A DNA stretch of 64,000 nucleotides from Amphiscolops sp. MND2022 (lineage: Eukaryota). Positions 1 to 11,402 of the stretch are shown here, in pieces. Position 1 is the stretch's first letter, and the number at the start of each line of letters is the position of its first letter. The notes beneath the pieces were generated by a model that worked only from the letters and a program-made list of their open reading frames with translations, was not told the DNA's origin and made no database searches. The position numbers and the translations under genes were made by a program. The stretch lies in contig OZ076409.1 of the NCBI GenBank assembly GCA_964187785.1, positions 20,090,001-20,154,000 of the forward strand, written 5' to 3'.

Positions 1-999
1 AATACATTTTGCAAAATGAAGGAGTGCCCAAATGAATTCGACCAAATAATTTTCTTCTATGAAAAGTGTCATGTCTTGTCCACGGTCTTTGAGAACACTC
101 TCATCAGTTCAACAGGACCATAAAAAAACCCAAAAACGTCACCCTTAAATCTCAGGAAGCGGTTTTCTCAAACATAACTTTTCGTAGATGGGCTCTTTGT
201 AAACACATTCCTGAAAACTCAATTTAAGGAGAGGGACAAGTAGAGAGAAAGATAGAGAGATGTTGAGAAATTTGAAATGTTTTGAAAATTTGTGGAATAT
301 TTTAATATTATAAAGAAGATTATCAACTTGGCAGTTTGTATGATTATATTAGAAATGATCATCTTTTTCTGAATATTTTCCGCCCGCATTAAATGGGGGA
401 GGAAAATCATAATCGGTGTTGCGTGTCCCTTCGACCTCACCTATAGTTACTTGACTATTTTAGTTACCAGAAACTAAAATAGACAAGTAAGTAAAACAGC
501 TTAGAGGGGGGAATGATATCTAAAGTCAAAAATGAAAATGAGATCTATAGGAAATGAGATCTAAACTATCAGAACGGGATTAATATCTAAAGGGAATAAG
601 ATCTAAAATCACTAGATTGAGAACTTATAATTTATATCCTATTCCCCCTCCCAAAATAGCAAGAAGCGGAAAATATCCTCCCAAAAGAAGGCGGAAAATA
701 TCCCAGTGCTTAGCGGGCGTCTTGTTGATGTTTGTAAACAAATTTTTGAAATCTCTCAAGACGTGTCTGGCTCCGGATCTTTTTCTCTCAGCACCCAAAA
801 GCGACTTGCGTTAGCAGAGGTGATATCAACAAAGAAAGAGACGCTCTTCTCTCCACACTCGAGTGTGCAACTTCACATTTTTATAGTAGCGGAAGATTAC
901 AAATTGTTAGGCCTAAGAAATATTTCAAAATTTCAAAACTGGACTTGATATCAAACGAAATGATCTTTACTTTAAATTTTGTATAACAAACAGTTTGTA

Positions 1000-3900
1000 A
1001 AACTGCTCATTTGTGAAACTTGTGATAGAAAATTTGTCAATCGATTGGGTTTAAATAGCCATCTCCGATCACAGATGCATCAATGTACCTCGAAAAAAAA
1101 CGAAGAGTTGCTTGCCCTCAATGTGATAAAACATTCTCTTGTCGACAAAATATGAATCGCCACACTCGAGAAATTCACAATTACATGGGACATAAATCGG
1201 TGGAACAGTGCTTTCTGTGTTCCTTCATAACGAAATGCATTCTGCATTTGTTTTCACATTCCAAAAATGTGCATAACAAAAACATCCATTGATTTGTTCG
1301 TTTTGCGTTACAACCTTTGGAGACACTGAGTCTCTTTATAGTCATCAGAAAGAAGTGCATGATTTGCCTCGCCCTATAACAGCACTAAATTATGGTGATA
1401 AACAACCCACGATTACAGCCAACAACGCTACCACACCAACTACAAAGCAGCGACTCAAAGACCACAATTGCTTTATGTACGGTTTAGCTACAGTGTGGCA
1501 TCGAAAGGTTGGATCAGCACTCCTCCCATCCGGACAACACCCACAACTCAAACGAACTGATCCCAGAAAATGCTCGGAAGCTAACCCTATTGCTCATTAA
1601 CCAAGGGATGAAATTGACATGCCTCTGGGTCTCGGACAAATTCCACGATTCGAAGAAATCAAAAAGTGCAGAACCAACCTTTTTCAGTAAGTAACTTTGA
1701 TTATCAAAGTCAGTTCATACTTTTGGATTTTAAAAACCGGAAAAGATCAGATATGGCGTTGTAAAAACTTTTCGAACCGATGAACATTTCATGCATTGCG
1801 AAGTTTCGTTATGTTTACAGATTCGAAGACCAATCAATTTTACCTGTTCGTGGTTCAAATAAAATTGGGAATCTTCTTGACGTCGACTTGCTGCTGTTGG
1901 AGGATGGCTTCACACATCACTATGTTCTAATAACCAATCTCAAAGCTTTGATTTGCACTGTGAAAAAATTAACAAACAACTATAAAGAGATATTCTGCGC
2001 AGTTGCTTCCACATTTCTGCAACACCGGACGTGTACGAGAGTTTCTTGCGAAGTTTTCTCTAAAATGAACAAGCAACTAAACATATGACCAACTCAAAAC
2101 TAAACGGTGAAATTCAGTAATCAAAAAGCACGCTGGTTCGCACAAGTTGTAATATATTTTGATTTGGAATCAATAATCCAACCACTTTCATAATGTTGTC
2201 AAGCAAGTCAGAATACTGAGACTACAGAACTGCACAAGCGGTGTGGGTTTTGCTTGGTAAGAGTAGAGCACGAAAAAAGAAACCATTGGTTATTCAACTC
2301 GGAAGATCAGAAGATTGTATAAAAACGCTGGTAAAAGCTGTGGGAACCATTGCCCGGGAAGTTCATCAGAGGAAACAGACTCAAAGGAACTTCACAGGAG
2401 ACGCATCGATAGACCCAGATGAAATGGTCGAGTGTTGAAATCGTGAGAAATCCTTTGAAGAAGAAGCTAAAGTATTGGACCATTGTCATCATACCAGAAG
2501 GTTTCTGGGTCTTGCTCACAACGAATGCAATCTAAAGTGCAGAACGCTCAATTTTATTCTGGTAATTTCACACCACTTATCGAACTAGGACTTACATCAC
2601 CTACGCAAAGAATTTCATCGTTTTGCCAAAGACTGCAGAATCATTGTCTTACAGCATATGAGCGAAAAATATATCAGTCTATCCGTTGGTGTACCAGTGC
2701 GAACCTATAAATACATAAATGGCTTCGAGAAAACCGTTTACGAATATCTCAGGTTTGTCCACTGGTTCCATTTCATGACCCCGTCACTTCAAAACAAGTG
2801 AGCTTCCTTCTTCCAGATACATTCAGTTATTTGGACAACCACTTTCGAGGTTACCCACAAGAAAAGCAGTCGCTTCATGCAAAAGGATTTTATCTTTTCT
2901 CTTATTTCGATTACGAAGCAAGATTTCAAAAGACTACACCGCCCCAACTCTTTGGTGGAAAAACTTGCTTAGAGAGGGAGACGTGAGTTGAGCATATTCG
3001 ATGACAAATGGAATCACGCAAAGTTGGTTTTCAAAACAATTGGCAGTGGACACCTAGGCGAATAACAAGACAAGAAACTGATACACTTCTTCCAGCTTGT
3101 GTGGTGAAAGAATTCAGAAGGGTGTGCTAAGAAATAGACAAACTCGACGGTGTACAATACTCCTCGAGCTCACAATTGTCAGGTGAAGCTTCCTTTTGAA
3201 ATTGCAAAGCAGACCGTTGTCTGATCAGCGAAAGAGGACACCTAGAGATTGAAAACATGATACACGGAGGAGTATCTTCATTTTTTGAGAAGCGCCATCT
3301 GAAATGTAACAACAAATATCTCGATAACTATGGTCCCACCCAAGAAGAACTTATGGATCATTGGTTGACGCCAACAACCTATACGGAGGAATAATAGAAA
3401 AGTGTACATTACCATTGAACAGCTTTACATCAGTTAACATTGATTTGCTGCATATACTGAACACTCAGAACGGGTCATCAATTTGTTACATTCTCGAAGT
3501 CGACCCAGAATATCCTGATAGTCTCCATGATTCACACCGCAGTTTTCTGCTGGTACAACAAGGTCGATTATTTCATACCAAGATTTCAGCTCGAGGCAAG
3601 ATGATATTTTAAAGGAAAATAAATCATTACACTTCCTCGGCGCAAAAAAAAACTAGTCAAGACACTGTCTGACAAGACAAACTATATAGTTCGTTTTATT
3701 ACTCTCAAGTTGTATGTCAGTCTTGGACGGAAAGTCGCAAAGGTTCATAAAGTATTACAGTTTCATCAGGCGAGTTTATTGAAACCTTACATTCAGCTGA
3801 ACACATTGAAGCGTCAAGAACCCAAAAACAAGTTTGAAAAAAATTTCTACAAGCACATGAAAAACAGCTGCTACCGAAAGACTCCAGAACGCAAACGGAA

Positions 3901-4620
3901 AAGGGTTGACAAATTTGTTGTTCGTTGTGAAAAGAAGTGAGAAAACTAACAGCCTAAAACTTTTTCCAGGACTTCGACGTTTTTGGCGAAATTCTGGCAG
4001 CATTTATAACCCGGGAGCGAACTTTCTTATGGAACAAGCATACTATCGTTGGTGTTACCATCCTTGACAGGGGCCAAGTACCACATGTATGCCTTCCACT
4101 AAAATGTTATTAATAAGAATTTTAATTGATTTACTCAGACAATGATTCACTGCTTTTTGGAACAAAAGGAAATGATTTCTACAAAAAACTCGAGAATAGT
4201 GAGTCTCTAAGACTACAGTTTAATTTGCCAAACTACCCTCATACCTATAGTCTGTACAACAATTCGCAAAAACTTGTGACACTCAAGTTCAACGATGCGT
4301 TTGAAGGAGCTGCGATTCAAGCGTTAATGGGGTTGAAACCCAAAACGTTTTCCATCCTCTCAGGTCTCAAACAAAACTTTTCAGCCGAAAGAGTCACACA
4401 GTCAACCCAAAGGACACTAAAGCATGAAATGTGCTGTCAGGGTATGCTCACAGGTCAATCATTCAAAACCATCAACACCAGAATTGGCTCAGTGAACTAC
4501 CAACTGCAGACAAGCAGGTTAAACAGAGTGTCTCTCAATTTCTTTGATTTGATGACAAGCGATACATTAAAGAAGACGGTTTTACCTGTTTGCCGCTGGG
4601 GCATTATGCAAAAAAGGTAA
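1000..4620 (+). pseudogene. Decayed Polinton/Maverick-type protein-primed DNA polymerase B with N-terminal C2H2 zinc fingers
   Basis: Motifs occur in the expected order across frameshifts: C2H2 fingers (CPQCDKTF..H..H, ~1110), HHYVLI, YFDLES (2155), DHCH..AHNECN (2478), KGFY..SYFD, IHGGVS, DANNLYGG (3367), YILEVD.EYP, KHMKNSCYRKT and YSDNDS (4132, degenerate YxDTDS). Confidence 0.85.
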
Positions 4621-5384
4621 TGCTGCTCTTGTTCAAGACATTTGGAACTATGTTGATTGGGGAGATGATTCAACCTCCCCCAGTCCACCTGGAGCGAATT
4701 TCTGCCATTGGGAAGGTTGCCAGTCAATGCTCAGGAAAGTAACGAGCAACGCTCTGGCACTCCCTACGAGTTTGATAACACGTACGATCAGATGCTAGAC
4801 TGGTCATCACCGGACCCTGGCGTTCATCAGGAAAGCTATTCGGAACAAGAACTCAACGACTACCCAGCAGACCTGGATCAATCTGGCGACGAGCAGTCAC
4901 TTACACTGAAATTTTCATTCCATAAGGAAGAAGCGGAAGATGTAAATCCAGAAAACTTCATTCTATCTAGCAATGAAGATGAAAGGAGGGTTTCATCGGA
5001 CACCCTAAGCAGCCATTCAAGTGCTATTCAAGTGATTGCGCTGTATACCGAGGATGAGAGAAACTTGCTGTCGGATATCCAATAATAATGGACTTTGGAA
5101 GCGACGATGAACCAAGGAAACAACGGAAACGGGTCAGAGTCAGGTATTTTGGAGAGCGAGAGCGAATAGAAACTTCATTATTCACCTAAAATACTGTTCA
5201 TGAAAGCTCAAGTTTCTTTGGTATGTTTACTTCATCAGTTTTGAGTGTGTTCACTAGTTCTGCAATAGTTCTTTTCATAGGCTGAGCAGCTGCGAGTTGT
5301 ATTGAGAAGTGAAAAATTCTAATATGACAGAACATCGGATTAATCTAAGATGGATCATTCGTAAGCATATATAGCGTATATGCA

Positions 5385-6060
5385 GTCTATTTTCCTCTAT
5401 GCAAAACCTTACTACATGCCAAAATGTCTAAGATTTGATATACACAAGGATATAAAGGATACCTGCAGTGTATCTTCTTTTTACAGTACCATACTACAAG
5501 CCAACAGCGCCTACGATTAGATACACACAAACATTTAGGGGATATATGCGGTCTATCGTTCTTTATACAGTAGCATACTACAAGCCGAAACTCTCTGAGA
5601 TTTGATATACACAACCTTATATAGGAAATATACAGTCTAACTTTCTTTAAACAGTACCCTACTACAAATCAAAACCGTCTAGGACAAGATATACACATGC
5701 GTATGTAGTGTATATTCAGTCTATCTTTAATTATACAGTAGTATACTGCATACCAAAACCACCCAAGATATGATATGTGTATACATTTATATAGTAAATG
5801 CAGTCTATCCATCATTATGCAGTAGCATACTACATGCCAAACCGGTCTAAGAATTGATATACACAAGCCTATGAGGGTTATATACAAACTATCTTTCTTT
5901 GTTTAGTAGCATACGCATGCAAAACCGTCTGAATCTTAATATACACAAGCATAAAAGGGATATATGCAGTCTAGCTTTTTTATACAGTACCATACTCCAT
6001 GCCAAAACTGTCAAAGTTCGGGTATACACAAACCTATATAGATATATGCTTTCTTTCGTC
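5385..6060. repeat. Diverged tandem repeat, ~84-bp unit, ~8 copies
   Basis: The anchor catactaca(a/t)gcc recurs at about 5408, 5491, 5574, 5658, 5742, 5827, 5910 and 5991, each followed by a gatatacaca-like motif. Confidence 0.85.
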
Positions 6061-7654
6061 ATTGAGTCACTCACTTTATGGTGGAACGAAAAAAAAGAAG
6101 ACTACTACCAACGATTTTTTCGTCTTTGGAAGGAACGAGAACGACAAAGGATCAATTAATTCAAGGGGGAGGTTGACTAGTTATAATTGGTTTGACATTT
6201 CCGCAGTGTGTCTGCCTAGTACTGAACACGTCGTAGGCGAGACTCTTTGCCGAACATCGACAACATTCAATACTAGTCAAACACGCCTTTATGGTGACTT
6301 GAGAGCTGGTAAAAAAAGGATTAAAAACAAACAAATTCGCTTCAGTGAATGACAGGAATCAAGTTAGAAAAATTTGAAAAGTCAGCTTTGATTGTCCTGG
6401 AAAAACTTGAATGTCTGAATGCCCTTCTAGAAAAAGTGCAAATTGAAAAAATTAAACTATTTGCGATTCCTAGTACATTTTGGAGAATGCCTTAGCCAAT
6501 GCTCGCACAGTTGTTAGCGTATCCCAGCCATTCGTTACTGAACAGTCTTTGCGTTTGCTAGCTACAAAACCTTCCTGGTCATATCTGATGTTGAAACCTC
6601 TGGGAGCAGGTGAAATGGTAAGATATATGCCTTTTGACTAGTCAGTGACACGAGTTTTCAAGGTCCATTCTCCTAGGATGTCGATTCTCTTGATGCCCCG
6701 ATAATTTTTTTTCAGCTGTTTTGCTCGCTGTTGTTTCCCTTTTGCAAACGTGTTCACCCATGATGATCTGACTCTTACCGTCTCCGACTGCAACGGCTAC
6801 CCAGAAACGGGATCATGAAAGATCCTCGTGTTGGTGACAAATGGCACCACCTTCGGCACAACAACCTGGAAGTTCTCTCTATCATCGCAACATGTTGACT
6901 TATTTGGCCTATCGAGAGAAACCTTTAACTAAAACCGGCTGAAATATATGCTTGCAAAATCGTACAAGACGGGGGAGGGGACAAGTTTGAAATTGAGAAG
7001 TCAGAGAAAGATGAAGATGACCTGCAAACGGAGAGGACGAACAGAATTCGAAAAGAGTTCTTTGCGATCACAAAGAAGACAATATGACAAAGGATCTGAA
7101 AATGACATCAAACTCGAAAACTTGTTGATTGGCAGAACGATGCGACATTTTATGAGAATTAAAACAAGACGAAAAGTCAGTTAAAACATATGACATCATT
7201 TACAGGCTGAACCAACGTTGGGAAGGAAATGTTTGAAGTTTCAATCTGAGAGGAACTGTTACTTCGAAAACACATATGCGACTTTCATGCTATTTATAGG
7301 GTTTGAACAATACTAAGATTTCAAGAAGTATTTATTGCTCAGAACACTTGGAGGTTACTCGGTTTTCAAAACAATTAAAAATTCATCAATCTAGCTCTTA
7401 TTGAGGTTTTACCCTCAGGATTTAATTTTGAATGATTATTTCCTCAAATTAAATTATACAGCAAAACACGCTCGCAGGAAATTATTTTGTTTGATAGAGT
7501 AAAACACACTCGCGGGAAATTTCTTTCATTATTTAGAATTCGGCTTAAGAAAACGGAAACTCACTCAGACACTCTTCATGTAACTGGTAACTTCTACAAA
7601 AAGTAGTTGAAGTCAAACACAATATAATTTTAAAGATAATCATTACCACATGAA

Positions 7655-7720
7655 ATGACTCGAACCCTAGTGGACGAGATCCAGGTCTTCTGTGAAGACT
7701 TTTAGTATCCACTCGGCCAC
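7655..7720 (-). mobile_element. tRNA-derived SINE head (pseudo-tRNA)
   Basis: The minus strand has A-box TGGCCGAGTGG and B-box GGTTCGAGTC but no acceptor stem. Confidence 0.5.
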
Positions 7721-7870
7721 TTTTTTGTCATTACATGTTTATGGTGATTATATCGTTTATTAAAACGCCAGAATCTCGGTCTTGTTGTGTTTATTGAGTT
7801 TAGTGTTTGAGCGAAAATATATTCCCAATACGAATGATTTATATACAATTACCTTCTCACAAAACCAGAA

Positions 7871-8020
7871 GCCCCATGGTGCAGTGGTGAGCGAGCTGAC
7901 TGCGGTCTTGGAGGTCGGGGGTCCGATCCCCGCCAACACCAAAAATATGTGGCTACCAATACTTAAGACCCGACTAAGCTGAAAACTCAAAACATTCACT
8001 CCTCCTGTAATCTATCAAAT
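7871..8020 (+). mobile_element. tRNA-derived SINE
   Basis: A-box TGGTGCAGTGG and B-box-like GGTCCGATCCC are at tRNA spacing; the acceptor stem does not pair. Confidence 0.55.
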
Positions 8021-8239
8021 ATCATGGATTTTTGTCATCAATCAAGTGCCATGTGTATCATCATGTTAGGAGGAGAAGACACACACCGGTGGGAACCCCA
8101 TAACAGCCACTATCCCGGTAGACCAGTTACAAAAAAACAACCAGCAAACTACTCATACCAGCCACTATCGAAATCGATGTGTAGAAACAAATTTTTGAAA
8201 AAGGTGCAATGATATACAGGTTTTTTCAAAAAAACTATA

Positions 8240-9615
8240 TGTAACAAAGTTTTTCGAAAGCATCTCTGCCTCTGTCTCTCATAGATCCTAGAACACATGC
8301 CGCATTGCCGATCTGAAGAGCCATTGAAATCTGTTGCCTTTTAAAGCTGCCAACTCATTGATCGTCGTGCGAACGACAGAGCAATTTACAGAAACGCATG
8401 ATGAAATTTTCACTGCTCGCGCCTAAAAAACTATGTACTTCCAGACCACCAGCTGAAAATGTTTCCATTGTCTATTAATTCGCTTTACTTCCCAATTTCA
8501 CGCGCTTCCGCATCGATGGTTCCACAAGGAGCCTTGATTCAGGCGACTGGGTGCAAGAGCATCCACAAACGTGACATCCCACACCAGCTGTTTGACCATT
8601 TCCCAAGGAATCAAGGGGTCACCGTCTGGGCGTTTGCCATCAGTTCGGTACAGTCCACGCGGTTCGAGCCTTTGACAGAACCCAACGTCTGCTATATGAA
8701 TTAAGGGTAGCATGACGACGTGAGAAGCGACCAGCAATCTTGGTGCAATAAAGACCGTGTAAACCGTCCCGTTCATCTCTTTAACCACAGTGGCACGAAT
8801 GTGCAATACAGACGTTGGCTCCGAGACGTAAACCAATTGAAATCCGAAGCTGCTGATCATCAAGTTTCAGACATAGGTTCTTGCGAGGAACGACGTTAAG
8901 CCATTAAGACCCGAATATGACTAGAGGATCGTTATAAAAGTTTTGAACGTCGGTCATCCATTCTAGAAATCAAATTTTGGATGGATTTGATATAGACAGG
9001 TTGTTTCAATTTTTGTTGTGTTCTATCGAGAGGACTTTCTTGTCTTTGTCAATCTCAACCGTTTCTCAAATGCTCTTGTAAACGAAACATCTTCGAATCT
9101 TTCCGAGAAAATCGTCATGGGAAAGTCACTCGCACGCTGAGGTTAAATTCGCACCCATTCATAAATGGTAGGTTAATCTGTGGTGTTTTTATCAAGGGGC
9201 AAGATTCTTGGGAACTATGCTGAAACCTTCGATTGTCGCTTTTTAGTGATGTCACCAAAAAATTCGCGTTTCTTGGATCATATTTTGTGTCCCAGTGTTT
9301 TTTTTTGAGATCTTCCAAAACAGTTATGTTATTTTCACTTAAATTTCCACCGTCAAGGTACCATAAGTTTATTTTCGACTCCAAACTGTCAATCAGATCT
9401 GAATGGAATCCTAAAATGAAACTGGAGAAACAGAATCTCCTTGCTGGGTCCCATCACAAGATTTGATCACCGCATCACCGTAAAAAAACCTTGGATGACT
9501 GTACGCCGAGTGAGAATATTTGTAAAGTTCAGGGTGTTTTTCAAAAGTTTTCTCTAGCTTGAATTGTCGCGATTTATCGAATTGAAAGCGTTTTGAAAGT
9601 CAGTTTTCTGAATTA
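8240..9615 (-). mobile_element. Degenerate CRE-clade non-LTR retrotransposon (RT plus restriction-like endonuclease)
   Basis: DFQNAFNSINR, WYLDGG (degenerate YLDDG), [18 protein letters not shown]....LVWDVT..DALAPS and C-terminal QQISMALQIGNAACVLGS, with many frameshifts. Confidence 0.8.
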
Positions 9616-9639
9616 TATTTCCTATGGACTGGTGGTTTT

Positions 9640-10470
9640 CAATCATACATGTTTGTAGGCGACAGTTGTCTGCATTCCTTCTGAATCTTTGAAGAAAATT
9701 AAAAGCTGAGTTGACGTTAGTTTGTAAATTATTGAACACCAATGTTCTGTCTAGAGTCATACTGATGTTTAGATCGTTTTCCAGATTCGCCATGAAATAG
9801 GGCGACAAATTCCGTTTGGATTTGACCATTCGGATTTTATTACAAACATGTATTGAGTGAGATGAACAATAATAAGAAAAAACAATGCGTTGTTTTGACT
9901 TCTTGGAGCAACAAAGGGGAAGGCAAGATAAAATGTGATTTGTGAAATCTTCAAGAGAACCTGGTTGTTGGTTGCAGTACATTCTGTTGTAAAGAGTGTC
10001 TAAAAGCGCTTTGAATAATTCCTTGTTGAAACTGCCACGTGAAAGTTGTCGAGCAGGGTGACTGTCATTTTGTAGGTCATTAATGTCAACGAACTCGCCA
10101 AAGATTGCAAAGTGGTCCGAGTATAACAAAGACGAGGGATAAGTGTTAGAGGGTGCTGAGTTAGTGAAGATTGGTTTCAAAGAGTTTCTTGTCTTATGTG
10201 TAGGAAATTGTACCATCTGAGCAAAATCGTTTTGTTTAAAAAACGAAAAGATTGATTGTTCATAGATGGAGATATTGTCGAAGGCAGTAGTTAGGTTAAA
10301 ATCTCCTAGTACAAAATTTTCAGGCTGCTCTGAAACTGCATTCTTGCGAATTTGCTCCAAATGAAACTCAAAACAGAACAGTAATTGATCGAGAGCAATA
10401 CGATAGTCGGAATAAGTGAAGATCGCGATCGTAACTAACGTCTGAAAGTCATGCACCGTAACCAAGGTCT
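9640..10470 (-). mobile_element. CR1-type LINE ORF2 fragment (APE endonuclease and linker)
   Basis: VLGDFN, QMVQFPTH, SDH and KQRIVFSYYCSSHSIH match the intact ORF2 at 21203 (KRLSLPFYYTSHSIH). Confidence 0.8.
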
Positions 10471-10498
10471 AAAATGAACACGAATAACGTTTAAAGAA

Positions 10499-10697
10499 TA
10501 ATGTGGGGTAATATAGGGTGTATGCACGCTCGCTCTCACCGTCGCAAAAACCAGCTGCCACTAAGATCGCTTCGCCATTCCCGTTTCCGTAGAGTCTTTA
10601 CTCCTGTTCGACCTCGCTCAGCAAGGTGGGAACATAAGCAGCCCCGAGGGGAGCGGGGCGCCGGAGGAAATGGGGGAATATCCGAGGCACGTTTTAA
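10499..10697 (+). repeat. ~200-bp multi-hairpin core repeat, copy 1
   Basis: taatgtgggg...cctgttcgacctcgct...ggaaatggggg aatatccgaggcacgtttt aligns to the reverse complement of 18441-18642. Confidence 0.9.
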
Positions 10698-11110
10698 TGT
10701 AGCAAAGAATGGGGTATTTTGAGATCCAATTCTTGTGTGATCGAAAAGTGTGATCAAAAATTGACCAAAAATTTCGCTATGGAATTGATCCGTTTTTGCT
10801 GTGTTTTTGCTCCTGCAAAGCGTTTAAAAGCGTTTGAAATACCTTAGGTACTTTTCCCTACCTAATATGGGGTCATATACGATGAATGAGGTTGCCATAA
10901 TACTGTCGATTTCCTGTGGGCACAAACTACGATTCCAGGAATTAGATCGAAACGCACTTCTGTAACTAAGATCTAAAGACTCAAGATCTAAATGTCATTT
11001 TTCGTTACTAAGATCTAGATAGTGCCAGCTCCGGAATCGTAACTAGAGTCTAAATTTTTGGGTGTTATTCCGGTTTTTGGGACGTTATTCCTTATTTACA
11101 ATTGATTTGA

Positions 11111-11402
11111 AGTAGAAAACGTGCCTTTGGTATGTCCCCACTTCCTCTAGTGCCCCGCGGCTTTTCGGGGCCGCTTATGTCCCCACATGCTATATGAGGT
11201 CGAACAGGAGCGAAGACCTAACGGGGCCGGATATCGCGAAGCGTGCATACATCGGGTTTGCGTCAATAGCTTCAAATTTTAACACGTCGAATTCCTAACG
11301 TTGATCTCCGTTCCCGCTAGGACTTTGCTCCTGGGCAACTTTATGGGAACATGAACTGCTCCAAGGGGCCGCGGGTCACTAGAGGAAGTAGGGGCATATC
11401 CC
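11111..11402. repeat. Two partial core copies in inverted orientation (11111-11255 minus, 11303-11402 plus)
   Basis: atgtccccacttcctctagtgccccgcgg on the left and ggggccgcgggtcactagaggaagtaggggcatat on the right. Confidence 0.8.

Noticed and set aside
443..7615. Polinton terminal inverted repeats (tagttaccag at ~461 versus ctggtaact at ~7584)
   Set aside because: The match is too short and no TSD was found.
7871..7942. Functional tRNA gene
   Set aside because: The acceptor stem does not pair and the B-box is degenerate, so it is treated as a SINE head.
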